From Setoptus koraiensis (taxonomy: Eukaryota > Animalia > Arthropoda): a DNA stretch of 64,000 nt. Numbering within the stretch: position 1 is the first letter of the stretch; each line of letters begins with the position of its first letter. The DNA lies in assembly GCA_048013815.1 (NCBI GenBank), contig CM106585.1, positions 14,818,001 through 14,882,000 on the forward strand. The letters are read 5' to 3'. Position numbers and translations under genes: made by a program. This document shows, piece after piece, positions 45,105 through 58,300 of this stretch. Below the pieces are notes generated by a model. It was not told the origin of the DNA and ran no database searches. It saw only the letters and a program-made list of their open reading frames with translations.

Positions 45105-48100
45105 ATGGCAATACTATTCTCATCAACCTCAACTACCTTTGATTCGAAGCCCTTTATAACGATATTGTCTTTAATAATTAACGTACTTATTTTCACTACA
45201 AAAACGCAAACAGTTTATTGTCATTCTCAATCTATTTCTACAAATCAGAACGACCAAGCGTTCCATCATTACACTCATTTACAGGACCAACCAGTACACT
45301 ATAATCCATCAGATTCTATTGATAGCCATCACCAAGTGGACCCCGGTCGATCGTTGTTGTTCGATCGGCATCAACAACAGCATCAACAACTTCACAATCA
45401 ACACCAGACTATCGACTATTTATCTCCATCATACACAAATCAGGATACAGAGCATTTGATAACAAGTAGTAATTTTGCCTACCACCACGATGATGCCTCT
45501 TTGAGGCGAACGGATCCGTCGTACCATTCGGGGCAACAGGTTGACCGGCTCCCTGGACTGCAACCACCCGACACCAATCACCACAATAATGATGATGTAC
45601 GGTTATACCAATACGATGACTACCACCACCCTCAACAACAACAACAGAATGATTATCTCAACTCAGAATCGTCACAACATGTAAACGCTCATCCCTCACA
45701 TTCGGAGACGAAACAGCACGCTTTTGTAGAACCTCATAACGTACAAAAACAACATCAGCACAATTACAATGACCAATATCATCAACAGATTGACTATTAC
45801 CAATCGTCTCAAGCGCCCCTCATGCGCAATAATGATTTTCATGAGTCTCATCACCGTGACCATCAAGAGATAGTGCCCAATGGCGACTATCAAGAGATAA
45901 CAGCTCATTCCTATCATGCTGGACCGGCTCACAACAATGATCCTGAACCAAATTATTCGAAAACCGGAGGAGAACATTCTAATGATCCCCCTCATCAAGC
46001 GATTCCTAATATTAACATGCACTCAGGCCTAAACTATAACCAAAATTCTGCCTATCACCGAGGCCATAGTGATAGTGATCATGAGACAAAACCTCAACAG
46101 GCTCAAGCACAACTCCCAGATTGTCAAAGAATAGCTGCCGCTGCTGCATCTTATGCTAAAGCTCATCAGAATGGAGCAGCTAATCCGAACCCTCATCATG
46201 AATCGATTCACGACAAACAAATTTTACTTGTAGCCACACTAAACGGTCTAATTTACGCCATCGATCTCAAATTAGATGGTCAAATAAGGTGGACCAAGAA
46301 GGTAGGAAATTTATTTTCATCTACCGTTGGTGCGTTTGGCTACAATAGCCCAAGTGGAGGAGAGGTGAAACTAATACCAAGTTTGGATGGGAAACTATAC
46401 TTTCACAAAACCGCCTCGAACACTTTGGAAATGTTACCACTAGATGCTGACAGTCTTTTGAAGAACTCTCATCGTTTGGGAGATGATTTCTTCCTCAGTG
46501 GAGGTAAAAAGCATCATATTTATGGTATGGATCCAATCACCGGATCATCGATTTATGATTGCGGGTTAAATGGCTGTGAATACCCAAAAATGGAAAAGAT
46601 CTTTCTTGAGCACATTCTTGTATTAGAACATACCAACAGAATCGTGAGAGCCATACACCCTAAGACTGGTTCGGAACAGTGGAATATAGATGTTTCACAG
46701 CTTAAGATGCGACTAGTCAAAAATTTAGAAGAATGCCAATCTTTGCACAGGCAACCTACTGAAGATGGATCGTCAAATTATGATGCTTCTGCCCGTAACT
46801 ATGCACTACCTCAAATAGAATGGGATATACAGAAAGGATACATTTCATCGAAAAACCATCGATGGTTCCACCAATTTACAGCTCCAATAACTAGCATTTG
46901 GACTATAGATAATGGTTACTTGGCTCAATTGGAGTTGTTCAATTTCAGTCCCTCTAGGAGTGGCGCACTTTTATCTGAAATCAATTGGCCTGTGCACATA
47001 GGTTCACACAACAATCAGCTATATGTTCAAACAAGTCCTATACATGAACAATATGCCAAACTTATTCAATTCAACCAGAACTATCAAACAATGTTAGATG
47101 CCGTTGACGATGAGCATAGTCTAGCCATAGCTCACCAAGAACCTTACCCACAAATTGAATGGTACCATAAACCTGGTTTGACTGAGAACGAAATTGTCGA
47201 GTTTTATGAGCAAGGTCTCCCAATACTGATCACTGAAAAGGACCTAGGACCAAATCCTACACCGAAAGAGTCATGTGAGAAACCTCAGTTACTAAAAACA
47301 TCCGCGGACGAAACATGTCCTCAGAAGAACTCAGCTGGATATCCCTCTAATTCAAGTCCAAACTCGATAGATCGTCATGATATCCATACTAATGACGATG
47401 GAACTATTGCCTATCATCAGATTCACGACAACTCATTTTTGGGCATGTTTAATGCTGTCTCATACTATTGGAGAGAGTTCGCCACAGTGTGTTTATTGAC
47501 CGCATTGTTCCTAAATTGGTTGTTTGTAATTGTCAAGCGAAAGTTGATCAAAGAGCCAATCCGTCCGAGGAGACAAACTATGATGAAGAGAAACTCTTCT
47601 GAGCGTAGAAGAAGATCAGAATCGGCATCCTTTGTGCAACAGCCTAACGATCAGCAAAAGGAAGATTACGTCACTGCACTGACGGATAAAAGTACGTCAA
47701 AGTCCTGTATGAATGAAAACACATGCAATCTCAGGCACCGAACCAACAGAGCCTTCACACTTTCGGATCCATGCGTTAACAACTCTACCTGGTCGACACC
47801 ACCGAATTCACTATCTAGCAGTCTTAATACATCCTCCATGTTCAAGTCTCGCTACTCTTCTGATTTCGACTCGATACGTAGATTGGGTAGAGGTGGCTTC
47901 GGTGTTGTTTTTGAGGCCAAAAATAAAATAGATGATTGTCACTATGCTGTCAAGCGCATTTGTCTTCCTTTGGAGAAAGATGCTAGGGAAAGAGTTATGC
48001 GCGAGGTCAAAGCATTAGCTAAACTCGATCACTCAGGAATTGTTCGTTATTATAACGCTTGGCTGGAGACACCCCCGGAGGAATGGCTGAAAGAGCATGA

Positions 48101-49779
48101 TAAACAATTCGGAATCTCGTCAAACAAAGATCAATTCAAAACGTCTTTGCCCTCTACATATGATACCGAAACTGATAAGATTGGTCTCAATATTAATGAT
48201 TTCTCAGCGAGTGTCAAATTCAGAAAGGATATGGGAGATACTTCATCCAGTGATCTAAAAATTGGCAGGCGAAAAGTGAACTCCTTCAAGAACCGTCTTT
48301 TGCAAAATAACTCGAATTCGCAATCCTTAGATGTAGTTTTTGAAGGATCTGGAAGTATTCGATTGGAGGCTGATTCTAATGACGACTCTAGCGATAAGAA
48401 TAAGCATCAATCATCGACTCCTTCAAGACCTATACCAATTATCAATAGCTTAACATTGAGAGAGGAGGACGAATCCGACCAGAGTAGTGATAGTGATGAT
48501 ATGTTACAATTTTCCACTAGACCTCGTGCATCTACTAATAAGTTTGACCCCGAGGAGTCTTCATTCTCATATGATCTTACTGAGCCATTTAGCAGCAGCG
48601 GCGAAGAGAATTCCGGTAAAGTACCTCTGGACTATGATAAGGCGATGGATAATAATGGAGTTGTTGCTAAGACTCCTGAAAATGATAAAAATTTTATGAA
48701 TCGCACCGACAATCTGCATACAGAAAAAGCTTATTTATACATCCAGATGCAACTTTGTCGAAAGGACACTTTGAAGAATTGGCTCTTAACGAATTGTGAC
48801 AAGCGTGATAAAACAGTTATATTTGATTTATTCTACCAGATTGTGGACGCGGTAGAATACGTTCACTCGCAGGATCTCATTCATCGCGATCTAAAGGTAA
48901 ACAACAATTTAGTTTATTCCAATCAATGTTTCCACGTTAACAAGTTTAGCAGAGCACCATTCCAGCTCTTTCGAACGAGTCATGCGTGGTAAATTAATTT
49001 TACGAACCTCTTCCTTCAAAGACGCAAGAGCATACGATATCTCAGTCTTAAGAATCATACGGGTGATTTGTACATTCTTTATTTTCACTCGCTTATCCTA
49101 TCAATTCCTGTTAACTCCTTCTAACCTGATATTCATTCTCAACTTTTTTTAATATTTCTCCATCCCTGCAGCCATCGAACATATTCTTCTCTATGGACGG
49201 AATTGTCAAAATCGGAGACTTCGGATTAGTCACTGCCAAATCTACAGGGATAGGTTCATCTCTAGACTTGCATGAGAATGTAGCAGAATGTGATGCAGAT
49301 CGTTGTATCGATGCGGTTCACACGGAGCAAGTTGGCACCCAGCTATACATGAGCCCTGAACAGGTATGCAATTCATTTGTAGTAACAACTGTTCAACTCA
49401 ACTTATCGTATCATTTCTGACATAGTTCTTTTTTCCTGAATATTATTAGATCAACGGAGTCAATTATAATCACAAAGTGGACATATTTGCCATGGGACTC
49501 ATCCTCATAGAACTCCTTGTACCATTTAAAACGCAAATGCAAAGAATCAATGTTTTAGTCAAAGCAAGAAATCAGTTTTTCTCTGATGAGTTCAGGAAAA
49601 ACTTCCCTAAGGAGCACCTACTTTTGAAATCTCTTCTCTGTAGGAATCCTCAGAAACGTCCATCCGCAGCCGAACTAAAGCAACATGAATTGCTTACCAA
49701 TTGTCAACTATCGGCTCCTGTGATTGAGCGCCTTTACCAGCGCCGTAGAACCATATCATCCAATAGCTCAACAGAATGA
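45105..49779 (+). CDS. EIF2AK3: PERK / eIF2-alpha kinase 3; exons 45105-48896, 49172-49363, 49450-49779; ~1437 aa
   Basis: Signal-peptide-like start and an IRE1-like lumenal domain ([18 protein letters not shown]). TM segment at about 47470-47535. Kinase motifs [31 protein letters not shown]|[21 protein letters not shown]| and [11 protein letters not shown]. Two phase-0 GT-AG introns. Confidence 0.96.
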
Positions 49780-50297
49780 ATATTAGAGTGAGGATCAAAA
49801 CCCACAATTGTACATATCAATATACGAGGTATCGTTGGAATTTACTAAAGTCATTGTATTGCTAAGAGCATGGCGTCCAGGCTTATTACTAAGAAATGAT
49901 TGCAATAATCTCATCTATTAGTTACATTTCAAAACACCCAATTGTCTTACTGTTTATAAGAGGATTTGCAATTCGATTTTGAGAAAAGAAAACGCAAAGT
50001 CAAACTTTGTGGTAATCATTAATGTGTTATTATAAAACTATTTAAGATATAGAAACAGGAAATAATATGCGATAAAGAAGTAGTGAACATTAAGATAAGG
50101 TTCATCAAGTGATAATAAAATATTTTTCTTCTGGAATACAATGTTAACTAAATTGAAAGAAGAACAAGTTGCCATTCTATAATTTCCACTTAACCATGAT
50201 ATCAATTAATAACAAGCAGTATCAAACCACGAGAATGGTTTCGAAAAGCCGCTAGCAGTGACCATTCTCGTAGCCTATCTAAATAGGAACCATAGTT

Positions 50298-51475
50298 CTA
50301 ATCATCTAATTTCTCTAAGATTGCCGGAGCTATTTCTGAAGCGTAGTCTGTGACTTGGTCTGGTTTCAGTATAAAAGCGTGCATTGCATCTTTCACCTTA
50401 ATTGGTAAATTTGGAAATTTATCCTTCAGTACCTGCCTGTGAGAACTGTTGACCCAATGATCTTCGCGAGCATAGTATATTCTCAATCTTCCAACAAGAG
50501 GTTGAATCAAAGAGAGGTGTAAATCCTTAACCTGTATTCAAAAGAAGATGTCTATAGTTTCACTACATGTGTAACGACCTGTGAATGAGGAAGGTTGATC
50601 AGATGTGAGCTTGTAAGACTTACATTGGAAAATTCGCTCTTGGCCATGTTAACTGTCGACTTATATATTCTGTAGGTAGACAGCTGAACAAGGGCATTCT
50701 TAACCTCTGGTGATATCTTATCAAATTCGCCACCTTTTTTGATCCAGGAAGCTAGACGTGGCCTCACATAATCGGGTAAAACAGTGTCCATCAACAAACA
50801 AAATGCGGCAATCAGCCAATCGCATCTATACTTGAACATCGTTGCCCAAAAGACGCCCTTCTCAGTTAGGGCCAGATTTTCCAAAGCAGGATGTATGAAG
50901 AAGGCTTGGGCAGTTCTTGCATTAAGACCTGCGTCTTGTAACATGTCTACGATTACATAACAGCCTATAGAATGTCCGACGAAAGTGAATTTGGTTCTGC
51001 TCAGATCGAATATTGACCTGAGGATGACAATTTTGTTGCGTGTTTGCAGCTCCATATGATACGGATCGTTTACTATTGAAGACGCTCCTCGTGATTTGTC
51101 TTGGTCAGTTAGACAATCTTTCAGTATGTGTAAACCATTAGAGCCGGTTCCATTGCGATTCCAAGCAGGATAATCAAAATTGTTGTGTGAAATGGCTATG
51201 ACCGGGATCTTCTTTGTCTCAGGCCTAGAATGGTTCACTTTCCGATACAATTGTATATTGAAGTCATGATAATATCCGACTATTCCAGGATTACCTGGCA
51301 ACATGATAATAACATGATCAGGATTGTCGGCGTCTGGCCTCTTGGATGCATTATAATTGGTTAAGTCTTTTTGGGGTGGTACGAGGGTGCAGGAGATGCC
51401 AAATTGTTGTATTTGAACAATACTAAAATTTACATCAATATATTCGTTTATGACGTTAACACGAGATTCTTCCAT
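50298..51475 (-). CDS. Lipid droplet-associated hydrolase (LDAH/C2orf43-like alpha/beta hydrolase); exons 51475-50624, 50531-50298; ~361 aa
   Basis: LPGNPGIVGYY, GHSIG nucleophile elbow, HPALENL, YYAREDHWV and HAF. A 92-nt GTAAGT...TACAG intron joins the two ORFs in phase 0. Confidence 0.88.
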
Positions 51476-54400
51476 TTTTACGGCAAGTTAATGATATTTT
51501 GTCCTCGGGCAAAATCTGGACCTTCCTAAAGTAAAATGTCTAATGATTTAGAATTGGATATTTATTTGATATCCTGGCCGGCAATATGATGATCTTTTGT
51601 CAGTCGGCGCCTTTCATAACAAGATTGTGTACTGAGAAAACATGTTATGTAACGTGTGCCGCTTAATAGCTCCTTAACACGACTAAATCCCGAAAAACAA
51701 ACTGATAGCCTGTAAATAAAACACCGCACACGTCAGGTATCTCAATAAAGGCAGACTTTCCTTGATCAATCCATTCATATGCAGAATTCAGTAACTTGAT
51801 CGGTCGGCTGTCATAGATTTTTCTATCCTGCCGATAATAGATAATAATTCCAACGAAATATAGCCTCAAACGTGTTGCCTTGAAGATCTCCTGGCTTGTG
51901 CAATATCAACAAGAAAATTGTCATTTTTTTCTTTTTTCCACTCAACATATCAACTACCAGATATTTAGTTATGTCTGAGGCAACTGAATGGCTGAGATTA
52001 TATTGCACACAATGTATCATTGTATCTGTGTCTAAATCCAATATAATCTCAGCGTTCTGTCTCTTGTTCTACCGATATATCCATTGACGTCAACATTCAC
52101 AAGCTAGGCAAACATAATGCTCCAAATTTAATCATGTACTCGTGCATTGTGCACTGTCACCTGTCGAGAGGCTCAGGTACCAATCAATTGCTGTCGAGAC
52201 ACATCAAACTTTGCGTTTTGTATCCCCGACAAGGTCGGTGAACTCTAGCGTGACAAGGGGAGAGAGTCCAATTAATTCACCCCAAAATATACCGGTGTTC
52301 AACTAAAAATAACTACACTTGATATAACTGTCAAACGAACGAACCGATAACTAACTGATCAATTCAACACATATAGGCTGGGCACATAGACTAGAGATCA
52401 TGCTTGTTAATGTTCTTTCGAAAAACGGTGGCATCAGTGGAAATAAACCCAATATCATATTACATTACATGATTAACACAAACAGACGATAACTAAAAAC
52501 AAATGGTGCTGCTAAAGTGTCACCACAAAATTAAACTGATCAGATCAAGGAAATGAAAAGTGATCTGTTTGCAACACTTACTCTACTGATGTTATATTAA
52601 TTGTCACGATTGCAATAGTCGGTCATCGTGTTCGCTTCGTCTGACATCGATTAAAAAAATACACTTACAAGCAAAGCAAACATGATGGCATCACATGTTG
52701 ATTGCGGACATTCATCGTCTGATCTAATGACAAACTCCTGTCAACACAGACCTTTTATACTATGATGTCTGTATCTATCATCTAAAGACTTGACTTAAAG
52801 AGGTCCAACTGGATCAGTATGCCTGTGCATCCCTACATAGAGAATAAATAGAATGTTTGTTAGTATAGTTGCGTCATCGTGCAAGTTGATGAAACAAATT
52901 CATTCATGAATTTGTGTAGTGAATGTCGACTAAAGTCAAACTCTCTTGACTGATACACTTACTCCACTGACAATATGGGCTTGTTTACTGTAAAATTAAT
53001 CTTATCTGGATATGTGATGTGTAAGATTCTTGAGAGTACAGCAAAAGAGAATGTTGTGAGCAATGTCAGAGGGTTAAGTTTTACAAGCTACAGCAGATAT
53101 TGAGTAAGCAGCCGTCTTTATAGCTAGTAATTTTCCTGCTGGATTACACTGTTGATGTTGTTGTTGTTGTTGCTGTCGCTGTTGCTGTAGCTGATTATGT
53201 AAGCTGGATTAATGATCATATAAATGTTAGTGTCTCGACTGGATATTCTTTCTATTTATATCTCATATTACACATATGCAGATGTGAGAGCGAGTAAAAA
53301 GTAAAAAGTTTCCCGCCAGTACGCTATTGTGTAGATAGACAAGCCAGATAGGAATCCTATCATGGGATACAGGCGGCCGGCTGCCACCTACAACATGTAC
53401 AACGGAAGCAATATCGTGGATGTGCCGGTGTCAAACAATTAATGTACAAGTTTACATACTTGTTTTGTATGCAAAAATAATCATAAATCACCAGTCACAA
53501 GCGAGAGTGCATGAGATCATGATTAGAGTGAATAGAATGGCGGAATAACAAATACTAATAATTATATCTGTCGCAGTCACACGGAGAGGTAGAGCAAAAG
53601 ATTTCTCTGGGCTACTATGCATAGAGCAGAAGAGAATCTCGATTTGCGATGATGGCGCAAGATAGTGGTGAACGGGGACAGATAAGATGGTTAGACGAAT
53701 GGATAGGTACTATTACCATTGTACACGAGTGTTGCATTATTAGTGAAGCCACGACACCAACAACAGCAGCAACAACAACAACAGCAGCAGATATTTGATC
53801 TTTGCGGGCAAAGTGAATGAAAATTCGTTTGAAAGCCTACACCAGCCATGTAAATGTTATTGTGCGTATCGGTGATTGTCTCTATTCAGACATCGATGGC
53901 ACTGCCAGCAGCGCCACTGATATTAGATTAGTTCGCTATTATCTGACTCTTTTGACTGGCTACATGTAAATGTACGGCCAAAAGCGTCAGCTAATCGACT
54001 AACTTGTGAGCCCATTTTGTGTATTGGCCTCTCCATAGGTGCGTATCTATAAGCTGCTAATAGCGGGCGTCGCAATAGCATCGCAAGCTCGCCGCATCGG
54101 CACGGTTGCCTAGCGCTCGTCGTCTAGACCGTCTTGCCAGTCGCTGTTGAGAGTGTCTAGCGGTGTAAATTTGCGTCACACAAGCGCATATAGCTGCTCT
54201 CGTATGGCATTCATATGCGCTATTTTTACGTAATGCTATGTGTGGTGGTATATGGGCTGCACCATCAAATGGTGCCTTCCATCAATGGTTTTAGCTATAA
54301 AACACTCTGTGCCGCTGTGAGGCACAGATCGTAGAGTGTGCGCCACAGACTGATGCCACAGTGCTGCACGTGTGACGGACACATGCAGCTTTGTGTCGTG

Positions 54401-54886
54401 TTGGCCGTGCGCGAACCCACTATCTGTGCCTGCGTGGCTCGCATTTCGAGGCCGCACCGATACACTTGACGTGTCGCTTGTGTCTCGCCGATGCGCACAC
54501 AACCGACAGTCACGACAGAAACCGATAGGGCTTCAGACGCGTTCGATATAACAGACTGTGATCGTCAAAGTTTGATGTATCGAGATAGACCGTGCACGGC
54601 TCGCGACCTAGTGTGCCGATAACAACATTAACGTAATTGAGGTGGATATTTGCCATTATAATTTTGCAGTCAAGCCGTTGGCAAGCTAGCCTTGCGCTAT
54701 GCGCGCCTGTGCCGCGTTTGCGGTACCCCATGTGCAAAACAAGCCGGCGCACAGCGAGCTGGTAAGCGAGATCTAGAGAATCTATGGCAACGCTAAGGCG
54801 CACTGCTCGCCACGGTGCTTTTGTACCAAGTGTCACCATGAGCTTGCCAACACTAGCTCGACGGCTCTAGCCTGTCTTTGTTTGCG

Positions 54887-54887
<1 letters not shown>

Positions 54888-54980
<93 letters not shown>
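54888..54980. repeat. (CA)n microsatellite, ~46 units, followed by (GA)11 at 55042-55063
   Basis: Directly visible. Confidence 0.98.
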
Positions 54981-54982
<2 letters not shown>

Positions 54983-55315
54983 AGTCGCACATGACCTATG
55001 GCGGTGGCGAAATAGTTCGCGACTACCACTATATGGTATACGAGAGAGAGAGAGAGAGAGAGACTGTATGGTATTTGAGAGATACACACAAACACGATAC
55101 TGTTGCCATCACAATGTGTATGCGCCGATCTTATTTGATATCTCAGCAGCGCACCACATCACAGCTCACTGGGTGTAAAATGTCACTACATATGTTTGTG
55201 CCGTATACAGCCGTGTAAAATGTCTAATAGATAAATGAATTGCCGTCTCGACTTCGTTGGTGCGCGTTTGCTATTTATCCCACAAACACAACAAATAATT
55301 ACAACCAGTCTAGTC

Positions 55316-58300
55316 ATGCTCGTTCTGGCCTCGGACGCCGCTCACACGGGCTACGGATCCATCACCAACAACCCGGGCCCCATTGCCAAGGGCCAGCAGG
55401 CGGCCGGCAAGTACCAGACGTTCTCGCAAAACAAGCGCCGCAGCAGCCTCAACAGGAGCCCCACCAAGTCGCCCATGGACAAACAGCAGCCGGCCAAGCC
55501 CGGCCAAACCAGTCAGCATGTCAATCAAAACGAAGAGGACGAAATGGAAATATACGGCTACGAGCCAGCCTACTTTTGCACCTTTGTTACCTGGTTGGCC
55601 ATAGTGGCCACGCTGTTGTTGCTGCGCTTGGTGTTCTTTTGGAAGCCCCACTGGATGTTGTATTGCACCCATCGTCGGTGTTCGTTATTAAAGGCGAAAA
55701 AGGTGCTACTAATAGACAAATACAACCAGTACTTTGTTGAGACCATTCACTCGCTGGAGCCCGTGATGATGCCAGCAACAACAAGAAAATCGTCCTTGCT
55801 GCACCATGACCACGCGCACGACGCCTACTTGCCCGGCTCTAGTCCGCTTCCCGACGACGCCTACAACTCGACGGATATATTGCCCGATTTTGATTCTGTC
55901 TCGTATTCGGATGGCCCGTCGGCCGACGATCTGATGACTAACGCCTCAACAAAAAGTTGCACACCAAACGCCAACAAGCTGTGCTGTGGCTGGACAGACG
56001 ACACTAGCGCAATGAAATTTTTTGAAAACAAAAAATTGCGCTACGTTTGGGACAAACAAAAGCAAACGTTCGTCAAATTATACGGCCTAGACAAGGACGT
56101 CAGTCTATCGAAATTGTTACGCAATTGCGACGGCCTGTCCGCCGAGCAACAACAACTCAAGAGGCGACTGTACGGCGACAACGCCATTCACGTTGAAGTT
56201 GAGCCGTATTTCAAGATTCTCGTCGAGGAGGTGCTAGGTCCATTTTACATATTTCAGCTGTTCAGCATAACAATTTGGTTTCTTGACGACTATTATTACT
56301 ATGGCGCTTGCATTATAGTTATGTCAATATTGTCGCTAGTGTCGGGCGTTGTACAAATCAGAAAGAACCAACAACAATTGCGCGACACAGTGGAATCCGT
56401 TGATTACGTCAAGGTGTGCAGAGGCAACAACCAATACGAAGAGGTTGAATCGTCGCAAATTGTGCCTGGCGACATTGTTGTAATACCCACCTTTGATGCA
56501 GTGTTACAATTTGACGCAATACTGCTCAATGGTAACGTTATTGTCAACGAATCCATGCTAACAGGCGAAAGTGTTCCCATCACCAAGACACCGTTGACGC
56601 TCAGCCTCATCAATCACCAGCACAACCATCATCAGGCAACAAGTGCACAAGCAACCGACTCAAGCGACTGTTACGACCCAAAAGAACATGGCAAACATAC
56701 GCTATTTTGCGGAACAAAGGTGCTACAAACCAGATATTATGGGGGCGCGCACGTCAGGGCGCTCGTCATTCGGGTGGGCTTTCAAACAACAAAGGGCGAA
56801 CTCATCAGATCCATCATGTTCCCCAAGCCGGTCGACTTTCGTTTCAACAAACAAATCCATCGCTTCATTGGCCTGCTGGCCTGTCTCGCCATTATGGGAT
56901 TCCTCTACACGGTCATTCTGAAAACTAGCCGGGGTGCCTCGTTTCATTCAATTGTGATCGGAGCACTAGACCTGATAACCATCACGGTGCCGCCCGCGTT
57001 GCCCGCCGCCATGACCATCGGCATTATATACGCCCAGTCGAGATTGAAGAAAAAGAAAATCTATTGCATCAGTCCGCGTAGTATCAACATTAGCGGTTGC
57101 ACTAATTGTGTTTGTTTCGACAAAACGGGCACACTTACAGAAGATCATCTCAGCTTCAACGAGGTAGTGCCCATTTTGGAGGCCAAGTGCCAATTCAGCG
57201 AACCAATCGATCAAAGTGTCATAGATCAATCGTCGGCCACCTCGATACGTTCTCAGCAGCGCCAGCCCCACGACGACAACAAGTTCAATGTGAAAAATGA
57301 AATTGGCGACTATTCGCCCCTCATCGTTTGCCTGGCATCGTGCCATTCGTTGACCATCATCGACCAGAAGCTCATTGGGGACCCGCTGGATTTGCAAATG
57401 TTCGAGGCCACGGGCTGGACTTTGGAGGAGCCCGATGTCGACGACGAGAACAAGTTTGATTTGTTGGCGCCCAGCATAGTGAAGCCACCTAGAAAGAGCA
57501 GCGCTGCCACCATTGCCGGAGCACCGGCGTCCGGATATTTGTCCGCCTCGTCGGCCTCTAACAGCAGCAGCGACGAAGATCTCGCCAACATAAAGCGCTC
57601 TGGACAAGATGTGGGCATACTGAGACAATTTCCCTTTTCCTCTAGTTTACAACGGATGTCTATCATAACGAGACGCTTTGGCGCAAATCAATTTGTTGTT
57701 TATTCCAAAGGAGCCCCGGAGAAAATTGCCTCGTTGTGCGATCCTGACACAGTGCCCGATGATTTTAGTGATGTTCTCATGAAATACACCCGCAAAGGCT
57801 TCAGAGTTTTGGCGCTCGCCTACAGGCCCCTAACGCCCGGCTTGAGCTACCCAAAGATGCAGCGGGCCACCAGAAACGACATAGAGAAAGATCTCAGATT
57901 TTTGGGCTTCTTGACTCTTGGCAACAAACTAAAACCGGAAACAACGGGAGTAATCAAGATATTGAACGATGCCAACATCAGAAGCGTAATGGTGACAGGC
58001 GACAACATACTGACCGCAATCAGTGTAGCAAAGGAATGTAGAATGATATCGCCACAGGATCGTGTTGCGCTGCTTCAAGTGGACAAAAAGGACCTGAAGA
58101 ACAGGAAGTTGTTGCAACAGCAACAGTCGGCCGCGGCAGTGGCCGACCAGCAGGCGCCAACAGGCATAAGCGACAGCTCGGTCGTGCTGAATGTTAAAGA
58201 TATTGAAATTAAAATGATGGCAAGACAGTTGCAGTCGAGCAACAGCGACAATGTATCGTCGGGATCATACAGCAACAAAATTGCTGTTGCAGCGCGACCG

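Noticed and set aside
54510-54839. ORF with VYLDTS resembling a retroviral aspartic-protease motif
   Set aside because: The catalytic D-T/S-G is not met, and there are no RT/integrase sequences or LTRs nearby.
54833-55178. (CV)n and (HT)n repeat proteins
   Set aside because: Translations of the CA microsatellite.
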